Shown: positions 46,082 through 55,123 of the stretch, in pieces
How positions within the stretch are numbered: position 1 is the stretch's first letter
How the letters are laid out: the number at the start of each line of letters is the position of its first letter
NCBI GenBank assembly: GCA_049285915.1
Contig: JBAQAW010000058.1
Location: 1,739 to 65,738 of the forward strand
Origin: Candidatus Cybelea sp.
GTDB lineage: Bacteria; Vulcanimicrobiota; Vulcanimicrobiia; Vulcanimicrobiales; Vulcanimicrobiaceae
Direction: 5' to 3'
Length of the DNA stretch: 64,000 nucleotides
The notes under the pieces: generated by a model
Database searches by the model: none
Told to the model about the DNA's origin: nothing
Seen by the model: only the letters and a program-made list of their open reading frames with translations
Program-made: the position numbers and the translations under genes

Positions 46082-47109
46082 GAGTTAACATGAAATCGTT
46101 TAGGATTGTCTTGGGTTCGTGTCTGCTTTCGGTGCTTCTCGCCGCTTGCGGCGGGAGCCAGTCGTTGGGCGGAGGGGCCGGCGGCGTAGCGATGATGCCG
46201 GGCCTGCCCGGCGATCGGCATATGGCGTATATGGCGCCGGATGCGAAGGAGAAGTCCGCGCTGATGTACGCCGCCGATTGGGCGACCAACGACGTCTTCG
46301 TCTACGACTATCCGAGCGGAAAACAGGTGGGCATGCTCACCGGCTTCGTCGCTCCCTACGGGATGTGCGTCGACAAAAAGGGCGATATCTACATTTCGAA
46401 CTTTTACAACGGGACCGAAGTCGAGTACGCGCACGGCGGGACGAGCCCGTTGAAAACGTATGCTTCCGTCGGCGAGCCTATGGGCTGCTCGGTCGACGCA
46501 AAGGGCGATCTTGCCGTGACGAGCTTCAATCCGGGCGAGGTGATCGTCTTTGCCCGCGGCGATCCGACGAAAGGTACGACCTATACCGGGCCGTGCGAGT
46601 TCCTCTGGACGATGGGCTACGATCCCAAGGGCAATCTCATCGGCCTCGGCGAGGAGGGTCACGGTGCGATCGTCGCCTGCGCGCTGCTCGCCGGATCGGA
46701 GTCGATGATTACGCTCTCTGGCTGCTGCACCGGCCCGATTCAGATCGACTTTCCCGGCAGCACGATGTGGGACGGAAAGTACATCGCGCTCGGCGACCAG
46801 GAAGTAACCGGAAAAATCGAAGCGAGCGCCATCGCGGCTAGCCTCTCCGGGACGACATTGAGCGAGCACGGCACGACGATCCTGGCTGACGATTGCGGCT
46901 CGTATACACCGGCGGCGAACCCATTCATAGTCGGCGCTAAGAACACGCCCGCGAACCGCCGGCGAGGCCGAGTCGTCGCCGGGGTGCTTCCCTGCAGCGG
47001 GTCGTCGGGGGGAATCGGCCTGTGGCACTATCCAAGGGGCGGCGCTCCGTTCAAAAGCTACACCGGTCTGAGCGATCCGCACGGCGTCGTCGTGAGCCTA
47101 AAAACCTAG
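46078..47109 (+). CDS. BP1: beta-propeller lipoprotein, array member 4
   Basis: ATGA overlap with member 3 (ATG 46090 is an alternative start). Lipobox LLAAC. Same invariant strings, LWHYPRGG. Confidence 0.85.
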   Translation: MRVNMKSFRIVLGSCLLSVLLAACGGSQSLGGGAGGVAMMPGLPGDRHMAYMAPDAKEKSALMYAADWATNDVFVYDYPSGKQVGMLTGFVAPYGMCVDKKGDIYISNFYNGTEVEYAHGGTSPLKTYASVGEPMGCSVDAKGDLAVTSFNPGEVIVFARGDPTKGTTYTGPCEFLWTMGYDPKGNLIGLGEEGHGAIVACALLAGSESMITLSGCCTGPIQIDFPGSTMWDGKYIALGDQEVTGKIEASAIAASLSGTTLSEHGTTILADDCGSYTPAANPFIVGAKNTPANRRRGRVVAGVLPCSGSSGGIGLWHYPRGGAPFKSYTGLSDPHGVVVSLKT

Positions 47110-47382
47110 TCGAGAGGCAAAAAAGGTGGCGCCTTTCGAGTTGTCCGGGTTACTTGTCCGGGTGTCGGTTAATAAGTAGTCCGGTCGACCCATCATAATT
47201 GAAGTGTGGATCCGGTTGGAGTAGCACTCTTGGGGGGAACGCGTGGGGTCCTGTTACGTTACGTCCTCGTTGGTGCCATTTCTTGACTGCGACATGAGCT
47301 CTGAGTCGTATGGGGTAGCCGTTCCTACCGGGACCTAGCAAGGCACGCAAATCATCCACTCGGGGATGAAGCGCGCCTCACC

Positions 47383-47419
47383 CAAGCGCCCTGCCTCAGC
47401 TGAAAGGGCAGGGCGCTTG
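47383..47419 (+). terminator. Strong hairpin (13-bp perfect stem, 11-nt loop), terminator-like, weak U-tract
   Basis: CAAGCGCCCTGCC-TCAGCTGAAAG-GGCAGGGCGCTTG followed by ATTTGA. Confidence 0.45.
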
Positions 47420-47483
47420 ATTTGAGGGAAGAAGTGCCGGCGTAAGCCCGTAGCTACTTCACCGATTTTGGACGGATTTATCG

Positions 47484-48854
47484 ATGGTACGTAGACTCAG
47501 CGTCTTTTTTCTTGCGGGTGCCGTTCTTACAACCTCTGGCTGTTCGCTACCGACGGATCGGGGATCCGGCAACGTCGCCGTTTCAGGCGCCGCGGGGAGT
47601 TCGGCCAGGCCCGCTACCGGCAGTCCGATCTCGCATATCGTCGTCATCATTCAAGAGAACCGGAGCGTAGACAACCTGTTTAACGGATTTCCCGGCGCCG
47701 ACACCGTGACTTCTGGTCAGAACATCTACGGGCAGACCGTTTCTCTGAAGCCGGAATCGCTGGCGGCGCCTTACGATATGGGCCACCGGCACGGCAGTTG
47801 GCTGCTCGACTACAACCAGGGAAACATGAACGGCTTTAGCACCGAAAGCATCGACTGTTATGCCAAGCACGGGCAGTGTCCGCCGAGGGACGTCGCGGCA
47901 TACGGCTACGTTCCGAAGGCGGAGGTACAGCCGTACTGGGATATGGCCGAGCAATACACCTTCGCCGACGAATCGTTCCAGACGAACCAAGGTCCAAGCT
48001 TTCCCGCGCACCAGTACCTGATTAGCGGAACTTCTAGCATTGGGAACGGCTCGAAGTACCTGGCGTCGGACAACCCCGGCGATACGGTAGGAAAGGGGAA
48101 TCAAGGCGGCTGTGACTCCGTGCGCAGCACGACGGTCCGGACAATCGACTCCCAAGGGAAGCAGGGGCCGTTCGTCTTTCCCTGCTTCGACCGCAACTCG
48201 ATCCTGCAGGAGATGAACGAGCAATCCGTGAGCTGGCACTACTATCAAGAGTTCAAAGGTTCCGGCCAGTGGCACGCCCCCGACGCCATCGAAAATATCC
48301 GCAACGGCCCAAGCTACACGAACGTAGAGTGGCCATCGTCGGCGGTGCTCGAGGATATCGACCGCGGCTACTTGGCGGACGTTTCGTTCGTTACGCCAAA
48401 CGCAGCCGAATCGGATCACTCCGGCAGAAACAACGGCAGCGGGCCTTCGTGGGTGGCATCGATCGTCAATAGGATCGGTGAGAGCCAATACTGGAACAGC
48501 ACCGCGATCATCGTGATCTGGGACGACTGGGGCGGCTGGTACGATCACGTGCCGCCGAAGATATTCAACTCGTACGAGTTGGGCTTCCGCGTGCCGATGA
48601 TCGTGATCTCCCCGTACGCGAAGCCGAATTACGTCTCGCACGTGCCGTACGAGTTCGGCAGCATCCTCAAGTTCATTGAAGAGACGTTCGACGTCGCGTC
48701 GCTAAACACGACGGACGTGCGCGCTACCGATCTCTCCGACTGCTTCAATTTCAAGGGCTCGCCGCGCCCATTCAAGCCGATCGCCTCGAAATACTCGGCG
48801 GCGTACTTCGAGCACCAGCCGATCGATTACGAGAGTCCCGACGACGATCGGTAG
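47484..48854 (+). CDS. PE-C: PLC/AcpA-family phosphoesterase lipoprotein
   Basis: Lipobox TTSGC. VVIIQENRSVDNLF, GPSFPAHQYLISGT, ESDHSGR, GPSWV, VIWDDWGGWYDHVPP, GFRVPMIVISPYA. Confidence 0.9.
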   Translation: MVRRLSVFFLAGAVLTTSGCSLPTDRGSGNVAVSGAAGSSARPATGSPISHIVVIIQENRSVDNLFNGFPGADTVTSGQNIYGQTVSLKPESLAAPYDMGHRHGSWLLDYNQGNMNGFSTESIDCYAKHGQCPPRDVAAYGYVPKAEVQPYWDMAEQYTFADESFQTNQGPSFPAHQYLISGTSSIGNGSKYLASDNPGDTVGKGNQGGCDSVRSTTVRTIDSQGKQGPFVFPCFDRNSILQEMNEQSVSWHYYQEFKGSGQWHAPDAIENIRNGPSYTNVEWPSSAVLEDIDRGYLADVSFVTPNAAESDHSGRNNGSGPSWVASIVNRIGESQYWNSTAIIVIWDDWGGWYDHVPPKIFNSYELGFRVPMIVISPYAKPNYVSHVPYEFGSILKFIEETFDVASLNTTDVRATDLSDCFNFKGSPRPFKPIASKYSAAYFEHQPIDYESPDDDR

Positions 48855-48860
48855 CGGCAG

Positions 48861-49355
48861 TTAGGGCGAGCCTTTCGGCTCGACCTTCACACTGTTCATC
48901 GCATCGCCGCGCCGGATCGCGTCGAGCGCCTCGAAGCCGTCGCTCATCTGGCCGAAGACGGTGTATTGGTTGTCGAGAAAGCGCGCGTCGTCGAGGCAGA
49001 TGTAGAACTGCGAGCCCGCGGAGTCAGGCTGCGTCGCGCGCGCCATCGCGACCGTTCCGCGCAGGTGCGGTCGCGAGTTAAATTCGGCCTTCAGGCGATA
49101 GCCGGGGCCGCCGGTGCCGTCACCCTTTGGATCGCCGCCCTGCACGACGAAACCGGGCTCGACGCGATGGAACGAAAGGCCGTCGTAGAATCCCGCGTCG
49201 GCGAGTTTGAGGAATGCTGCCGCGTGCAGCGGCGCGTCGTCCGGGAACAGGGTGAAGACGATATCGCCGTGCTTGGTTGCGATTCGAACTTGCGAGTCGC
49301 GCGCCCGTTCGGTCAGCGCGGGGAGCTCTTCGGCTTGCGGTACAGCGTAGTTCAT
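48861..49355 (-). CDS. Cyclophilin-type peptidyl-prolyl cis-trans isomerase
   Basis: FHRVEPGFVVQGGDP, GTGGPGY, GTVAMAR, GSQFYI, YTVFGQ. Confidence 0.9.
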   Translation of the reverse strand: MNYAVPQAEELPALTERARDSQVRIATKHGDIVFTLFPDDAPLHAAAFLKLADAGFYDGLSFHRVEPGFVVQGGDPKGDGTGGPGYRLKAEFNSRPHLRGTVAMARATQPDSAGSQFYICLDDARFLDNQYTVFGQMSDGFEALDAIRRGDAMNSVKVEPKGSP

Positions 49356-49434
49356 CGAGGTTTCGTTGCCAAAGCAGCGGCTTTTCCCTGCGCGCGATGG
49401 CCGGAAAGGACGCCGCGCCGGAGAAAAGCAGGCG

Positions 49435-49965
49435 ATGGCTCTCGAACTGCGGCGACCATGTGCCGAACTCGCGGATTCGTTTGCCGCAATGCGCGACGCC
49501 TACGTTCGGGCAGGCGAGGATCCGTGGTCGCCCCAAAACAATCTGCGCGCCACGGCAATCGCGCACAGCGACGTACCCGCATACATTGAGTTGCTGAGCA
49601 GCTGGGCGCGCGGCGAGCGACTTCCCGAGGGCTGGGTACCGTCGCATGAGTTTTGGATCGTCAAAGACGGCGCCGTCGCCGGCGTGGTCAACATTCGTCC
49701 GACGCTCAACGACTGGCTGCGGAAGGTCGGCGGCAACATCGGGTACGACGTCCACCCAGGGTACCGCAAGCAAGGCATCGCGACGTTCGCGCTGCGCGAG
49801 GCGCTGCGGTTCTTGGCGGAACGCGGCGTGCGTGAAGCGCTGGTCACGTGCCGCGAGGACAACGGGCCGTCGGCGCGGGTGATCGAGAAATGCGGGGGCC
49901 GGCGTATCGGCGACTCCCTCGTCCTCGAGCCGAAGCGCCGCCGGTACATCATTACGACGAGCTAG
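49435..49965 (+). CDS. GNAT-family N-acetyltransferase
   Basis: Trimmed to MALELRRP. Acetyl-CoA motif YRKQGIATFALREALRFLAERG, EDNGPSARVIEKCGG. Confidence 0.7.
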   Translation: MALELRRPCAELADSFAAMRDAYVRAGEDPWSPQNNLRATAIAHSDVPAYIELLSSWARGERLPEGWVPSHEFWIVKDGAVAGVVNIRPTLNDWLRKVGGNIGYDVHPGYRKQGIATFALREALRFLAERGVREALVTCREDNGPSARVIEKCGGRRIGDSLVLEPKRRRYIITTS

Positions 49966-50407
49966 CACCGCCGGGGAGCAGCTCCATGAATATCTTATGA
50001 GGACTCTCATCGGTCGCGCGAAAGCCGAGCCGTTCGTAGAGACGTACGGCGGGGTTAATCTTCGCGGTGCTCAGGCGCAGCGGTATGCCGGCTGCGGCGG
50101 CTTCGGCGATGAGGCCGGTTAGCAGCTGCGTTCCGATACCGCGACTGCGCCACTTCGCCGCTATGTAGATCTGCTCGACGGTGATCGCGCCGGGAGCGCG
50201 ATCGACCGAAAGCCAGCCGGCGGCTTCGCCTTCGATCGTGACGATCGCGGTCTGCTCTTCCTTGTAGGACTGGGAGAAACGCGTGCGCTCGAGATCATCT
50301 CCGCGCCAGCCGAAGAGGCGCTCGATGAGCCAGCGATGCGACTCGAAATAGACGGACTCGGCGAACTGGCGGTCGGCGGCGGTCGCGGGGCGTAACGCGA
50401 GATTCAT
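49952..50407 (-). CDS. GNAT-family N-acetyltransferase
   Basis: Trimmed to MNLALRPATAADR. WRSRGIGTQLLTGLIAEA, NPAVRLYERLGF. Confidence 0.75.
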   Translation of the reverse strand: MNLALRPATAADRQFAESVYFESHRWLIERLFGWRGDDLERTRFSQSYKEEQTAIVTIEGEAAGWLSVDRAPGAITVEQIYIAAKWRSRGIGTQLLTGLIAEAAAAGIPLRLSTAKINPAVRLYERLGFRATDESPHKIFMELLPGGASSS

Positions 50408-50474
50408 TTCGTTGGGATGGTTTCGCGCCGCCCTGTCGAATTCTTCAAGACGCTGAATCTTCACGGAGGGTGCG

Positions 50475-51476
50475 ATGAAGAACATGAATTTCAGCAGCTC
50501 CTTGCTGAGCCTATCGGCCGCGGCCGCGCTTTTTGCGGGATGCGGCGAATCGCGCGGGCAAGCGCCCGGCGTGCCGCCTCTTCATACGGTGGCCAATTCC
50601 GGCGCGAGAGCGCAGACCTCGGCCGGCGACCTGCTCTACATCGCCCACGAGGGCGTTTCCAACTATACTAAGCACGGCGTCATCTCAATCCTGAGCTATC
50701 CGGGCGGCATGCCGGTCGCAAGAATCCGGCATATCGACGCGCTGGGAATGTGCGCCGATCCATCGGGCAACGTGTGGGTGATCGCATACGTTTCGGGCGC
50801 GTCCGAGCTGCTCGAGTACTCGCACGGCGGTACGACCGCGATCGCCGAGATTACGATGCCGAAGAACACGTACGCGCGCGGATGCGCCGTCGATCCGGGC
50901 AGCGGCGATCTCGCGGTCGCAAATGAGAGGAGCGGCAATCCGTATGCCGGCCGGATCTACGTTTGGGCGGGTGCGCGTCCGGGCAAACCGGCCGTTCACA
51001 AAGCGCCGTTCGTTCCCGAGTACGTCACCTACGACGATAAGGGGAACATTTTTGCGGCAGGCTACCCCGGAGGAAGCGACCCGTGGCTGGTTCTGGGCGA
51101 GTTGCCCAAGGGCGCTCGCGAACTCGAGCACATCAAGCTCGATAAGCGCACCGGCGTCCCGGGCAGCATTGCCTGGGACGGAACGCGGGTGGCCGTCGGG
51201 ACGGGCGGCTTCGTGCTCAAGGGAGCGCCGCGGATCTACCGGGTGAAGATCTCGGGTACGAGCGGGAGAGTTACCGGCGAAACGGTGCCGCGCGATCCGG
51301 CGATGTACGCTCGGCCGATCTTTTCGCTGTTCGCGGAAAGCGTCGTTTCGATTGCGGGCTCCGCAGGAGATCGCGTCGACGTGTGGCCATATCCCAGCGG
51401 TGGAACGCGCACGCAGTACATCGGCTTCTTCGAGCGGATCGAAGGGATGACGATCTCCGCCGGGCACGCGCCCTAG
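50475..51476 (+). CDS. BP1: beta-propeller lipoprotein (divergent member)
   Basis: Lipobox LFAGC. LLYIAHEG, MCADPSGNVWVIA, LLEYSHGG, GCAVDPGSGDLAVAN, YVTYDDKGNIFAAG, IAWDGT, IYRVKISGTSGRVTG, VWPYPSGG. Confidence 0.8.
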   Translation: MKNMNFSSSLLSLSAAAALFAGCGESRGQAPGVPPLHTVANSGARAQTSAGDLLYIAHEGVSNYTKHGVISILSYPGGMPVARIRHIDALGMCADPSGNVWVIAYVSGASELLEYSHGGTTAIAEITMPKNTYARGCAVDPGSGDLAVANERSGNPYAGRIYVWAGARPGKPAVHKAPFVPEYVTYDDKGNIFAAGYPGGSDPWLVLGELPKGARELEHIKLDKRTGVPGSIAWDGTRVAVGTGGFVLKGAPRIYRVKISGTSGRVTGETVPRDPAMYARPIFSLFAESVVSIAGSAGDRVDVWPYPSGGTRTQYIGFFERIEGMTISAGHAP

Positions 51477-52000
51477 CACGCCGCCATACTCTTCTCGAGC
51501 CGGGATCCCGAGCACCGGTCGCACGTCATCCACATCGTCCGCGACGTGGTCGAGATCGTCGCGATCGTTTTGGCAGGCGCCTGGGCGTTCTACGTCTTCA
51601 TCTACGAGAACCGGATCAAACCGTCGTTTACCGACCTGCAGACGGACGTCTCCGCTACGATGCAAAAGACGAGCCAGCGCGACGGCGCGACGGGAGTTCT
51701 TCTTAAGCCTGGATCGAGCCGTTCACCGCGACGGTCTACACGCCGAGCCGTCTTGCGCTGCAGTTGCTGACGTCGCCGCCGGTCACGTTCGATTTGCACG
51801 ACGGCAAGATCGCGGCCGATCCGGACGGCTCGCGGCCCGGCGCCGGCCTACCCTTCAACGCCGGCAGCGGCAACGGCGACATTCGTGCGCCACTCGTGGA
51901 AGCCGGGCGTGGGCTCGACGCCGATTACGCGCGTTTGGGCAGCGCGCGGGTTGCGGTTCGAGGCAAGATCGTCTTGATGCCGGATTCGCCGGATGATTTG

Positions 52001-52477
52001 CTAGGCTCTTCGCTTTCGCTCGGCTCGGCGAAAGACCGGATACACGATCGGCATCATGAGCGAGTTATAGAAAAACTTGAGCGCACTCGTCCGGAAACCG
52101 GGCGGCAGACGTCCCTCGTCTGCATCGATAATTGGGAAAGATTTCAGCTGCCTTTCCATCTTGGTGCTAAACTCGAGCCGCTCGGCGGCGCTGCGGCTGG
52201 TGTTGGCAAGGGCCCGGCGTATGCCGGCTTCATCGTCGGCCTCGCTGCAGATGTCCGCGGAAAACTCCGCGTCGCTCATCCCGAGAAAACGTAGTACGCT
52301 GCCGTCCATGAAGTCGTTATCACCATAGAGATATCCGTTCATCAAATCGTTTCCCGATTCGCGGCTCTGCTGCGCGCGGCGGGCCTTTTGCGCCATGCGC
52401 TTCACCCAAACCATTCCGTCGACCCTCTCCGACCCCGAGCACGGTATCCACGACATGGGTTTTTCTCCTTCGTTCAT
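52001..52477 (-). CDS. DUF5069-like protein
   Basis: GMVWVKRMAQKARRAQ...YLYGDNDFMDGSVLRFLGMSDAEF resembles the DUF5069 N-terminal signature. Recognition from memory. Confidence 0.55.
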   Translation of the reverse strand: MNEGEKPMSWIPCSGSERVDGMVWVKRMAQKARRAQQSRESGNDLMNGYLYGDNDFMDGSVLRFLGMSDAEFSADICSEADDEAGIRRALANTSRSAAERLEFSTKMERQLKSFPIIDADEGRLPPGFRTSALKFFYNSLMMPIVYPVFRRAERKRRA

Positions 52478-52521
52478 TTTAGCCCGGATTCACTTGACGA
52501 TTTGACGAAAATACATCTAAG

Positions 52522-54174
52522 CCGGGATTCCCCATATGGCCGTCCTTTTCGAGCCGACGGCGGGCAACTCCGTCGATTTTCTGGGCGTTTGGCAAGCCAA
52601 GTTGTCAGTTCGGCCCGAGTTGAAGCCTGCGTCGGGCCACGTAGCGCCAAAAGCTTCGCAGCGCGGTCATAGGGACACACCTCTCCCATTGGTTTCCGGC
52701 GCATGTAGTCGGCCGGGGTGATCATGTTACCGCCGCCAACGGCGGCGATCGAAGCGAAGCGATTCTCTCGACGATGGCGCCGAACAACTTGCGCGGGATC
52801 GCGACCTCCGCCATCTGAAACGCGACATACCGGCCGTGGCTGACGACCTTCGCGCCGATCTTGATCAGCTTCTCGCGCAGCGTTGTCAACGACCACTCGG
52901 CAATCGCCTCGGGAATCGCCAACGTCCGAAGGAAGTTGCCAAGATTGTACGCCAGCGCGTGAAGCTGGAGTCGGACTGCGTTTGCGTCGAACGACTGGCA
53001 CGAGAGCCGCGTCCCCTTTAGTGCGCCTTTCCATTCTTTTATGCATTGCTCAGCCGTTCCGCGCTGATTGTAAAACTCGACGACGTGCTCCGACTTGCGA
53101 CGCAGGTTCGTAACGATGAATCCGACGCGAGGAAACAGCTCCCCGAAATGCCATTCTACCTTAGCGATGACCCGCCGCGGCCGCGACCAACTCGCAGCCT
53201 GATAGCGGAAGCTCCTGTAGAAGCGCTGCACGTAGTGCGCCGGCCGACCGACCGGCCGCTTGAGCAAGTCAGCGATCTCCGCCTGGAGTATCTGATTGGC
53301 GGGAAGGCGGATGGCGTATTCGATGCCCTCCGATTCGAGGTACTCGTACATGCTCGGCTGCGCAAAGGCAGCGTCGCCACGAAACGCGATGCTTTCGGCA
53401 GATTGTTGGTAGCGCGCAACGACCGGCTTGAGCACCGCTTCCCAGCCGTCAGCACTATGGACGTTGCCAGGGCGAAGCGCGCATCGTTCCAGATCGCCAT
53501 CCTGATTGAAGACGAAGAGCGGATGGTAGCACGTACAGCCGAAGTGTCCGTTCCAAACGCTGCTCTCTTGATCGCCATGCGTTGGGCTGACGCTCGAGTC
53601 CATGTCGAGTACGGCGCGACCGCGTGGACGACGTTTCGCAACCTGGTCAATCCAGTGACCGGAGAGATCGGCGAGCGTTGCGAGGTTCTCCGGCCTTGCC
53701 AGACAGTTCGTTTCGAATCGGCCCATCTGGCTCGGTGACGCGCCCGACCCTTTCGTTGCTTTACCGCCGATGATGTAGCGTATGGCGGGGTCGTGCCGCA
53801 AACGGAGCGCGTCGTTCACGTCTTCATATCCGGCAAGCCTGCCGAAGAGTGATTGCCGCAACATGCCGACGAGGGCGTGGCGACCGTTCTTGCCCGTGCG
53901 CGCATCGGCGAGAAGATCCCCGGCCGACGTTGTCAATCCAAGTGCATCGTCAAGTTCGCGATATGCGAGCAAACCTGCATCCGAGGTGACGACCGAGCCG
54001 CGAAACTGCACCATGATGCGGCGGTCGAAATCGAGTCGTAAAACGTCGTTTTCGGTTTCACCCGTCGGGTTCGTCAATCCAGCCTCACATCATGAGCGCG
54101 ATTCCTCATATGTAGTATAGCAGAACCGCTGTGCATCAGCAGCGGATTTGCGAATGCATCCGGGGAATGCGGGT
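52522..54174 (-). mobile_element. IS1380-family insertion sequence (about 1.65 kb) flanked by TAAG direct repeats
   Basis: Imperfect terminal inverted repeats CCGGGATTCCCC (52522..52533) and GGGGAATGCGGG (54162..54173). TAAG at 52518..52521 and 54175..54178. Single DDE transposase ORF inside. Confidence 0.75.
52722..54077 (-). CDS. IS1380-family DDE transposase
   Basis: N-terminus FRGSVVTSDAGLLAYRELDDALGLT, GRLAGYEDVNDALRLRHDP, ASPSQMGRFE. 451 aa, typical for IS1380-family transposases. Confidence 0.85.
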   Translation of the reverse strand: MTNPTGETENDVLRLDFDRRIMVQFRGSVVTSDAGLLAYRELDDALGLTTSAGDLLADARTGKNGRHALVGMLRQSLFGRLAGYEDVNDALRLRHDPAIRYIIGGKATKGSGASPSQMGRFETNCLARPENLATLADLSGHWIDQVAKRRPRGRAVLDMDSSVSPTHGDQESSVWNGHFGCTCYHPLFVFNQDGDLERCALRPGNVHSADGWEAVLKPVVARYQQSAESIAFRGDAAFAQPSMYEYLESEGIEYAIRLPANQILQAEIADLLKRPVGRPAHYVQRFYRSFRYQAASWSRPRRVIAKVEWHFGELFPRVGFIVTNLRRKSEHVVEFYNQRGTAEQCIKEWKGALKGTRLSCQSFDANAVRLQLHALAYNLGNFLRTLAIPEAIAEWSLTTLREKLIKIGAKVVSHGRYVAFQMAEVAIPRKLFGAIVERIASLRSPPLAAVT

Positions 54175-54238
54175 TAAGACGGCGTTCCGAAACTCAGGAA
54201 CGGTCCGCTTCTATTTCGTCGGTTACGCCGTAACGGTG

Positions 54239-54613
54239 ATGGGTTCGAAGATGACGCTCTCGCCGCGGCCGACCAACGATCCGCACATCCGCGACAGCCA
54301 GCACACGTACTTCAGATTGTCGAAACCGACGCCGGTATACGGTTTAGGCTTCATAACCCAGCTCGGGGACCCGAAATCGGGCCACGGCGCCGAACTCGAA
54401 CCGGGAGGTAGCTACGGCCAGGAACACACGTTCTATATCCCCGCAAACCGATTCGATCTGCTCACCGTGCACGTCAGCGCATGCATCGCAAAATCAAACG
54501 CGAAGCCGATTCCGTCGAGGTTCAAGGCGGGCATCGAAGGCGTTACCGACGTGACCTGCGACGATGCCGATCACATCACCTACGACGTAGGCTCCCTCGA
54601 TCTACGGAAGTAA
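54239..54613 (+). CDS. Hypothetical protein
   Basis: ORF trimmed to start outside the IS end. No family recognised. Weak support. Confidence 0.3.
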   Translation: MGSKMTLSPRPTNDPHIRDSQHTYFRLSKPTPVYGLGFITQLGDPKSGHGAELEPGGSYGQEHTFYIPANRFDLLTVHVSACIAKSNAKPIPSRFKAGIEGVTDVTCDDADHITYDVGSLDLRK

Positions 54614-54630
54614 TGATGGCGTGCGTACTC

Positions 54631-54891
54631 CTACACCGTACGCGTGCGAGTAAACGCGCGAATGATGGCGAGCAGAAGCACTGCGCCGATGATCGCGCAG
54701 ATTATGCTGCCGATATTGAAGCCGGTGACACCCGCGTGGCCGAAGAGCCCATAGACGAAACCACCGATCAGGGCTCCGACGATGCCGACGACGATGTCCC
54801 CAAGGACTCCGCCGGGGCCTTCCCCGGGCACCAAAAACTTCGCGATGGCGCCGACGATTAAACCAAAAACGATCCACGCTAGAATGCCCAT
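54631..54891 (-). CDS. GlsB/YeaQ/YmgE-family (transglycosylase-associated) small membrane protein
   Basis: MGILAWIVFGLIVGAIAKFL.PG...GG.LGDIVVGIVGALIGGF...LFG. Glycine-zipper TM helices, 86 aa. Confidence 0.85.
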   Translation of the reverse strand: MGILAWIVFGLIVGAIAKFLVPGEGPGGVLGDIVVGIVGALIGGFVYGLFGHAGVTGFNIGSIICAIIGAVLLLAIIRAFTRTRTV

Positions 54892-55123
54892 GTTGCGATC
54901 AACCTCCTCGGTGCGACGTTGCCGTTGTGATTCCCAAACGAGCAGACTGCCAAACGCAAGAAGGCCCGGACGGATACCCAGGTTTGGATCCGCCGGGCCT
55001 TTTTGTTGTCGCTAGGTGCTGAAATGAGCGACCATTCAACCCAGACCTTTGCTAGTTTTCCTAGCGACATCCTAGAAACGTAGCAGAGAGGTCATTCGTT
55101 TCGCATTTCGGAGGGAGCGTTTC

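Noticed and set aside
42886-47082. Long minus-strand ORFs (42886..44328, 44109..44720, 46006..47082)
   Set aside because: They are antisense to the BP1 array, whose plus-strand products have lipoboxes, SDs and family-wide conserved motifs.
47150-47359. 69-aa minus-strand ORF in the long spacer
   Set aside because: It has no SD, no recognisable family and odd composition. The region is treated as non-coding pending RNA evidence.
49435-50407. Convergent, slightly overlapping GNAT pair as a toxin-antitoxin-like module
   Set aside because: Both are ordinary GNAT acetyltransferases on opposite strands. There is no small partner gene and no operon structure.
51480-52000. Short ORFs 51546..51770 and 51764..52294 (a TM-like VAIVLAGAWAFYVFIY stretch and a PA-domain-like ...DADYARLGSARVAVRGKIVLM stretch)
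   Set aside because: The fragments are in different frames, and the second runs antisense into the DUF5069 gene. They may be remnants of disrupted genes near the IS, but the similarity is too weak to call by eye.
52474-53738. ORFs 52474..53046 (minus), 53046..53738 (plus) and 53156..53650 (minus) inside the IS
   Set aside because: They overlap the transposase gene or the IS terminal region and have no independent support.
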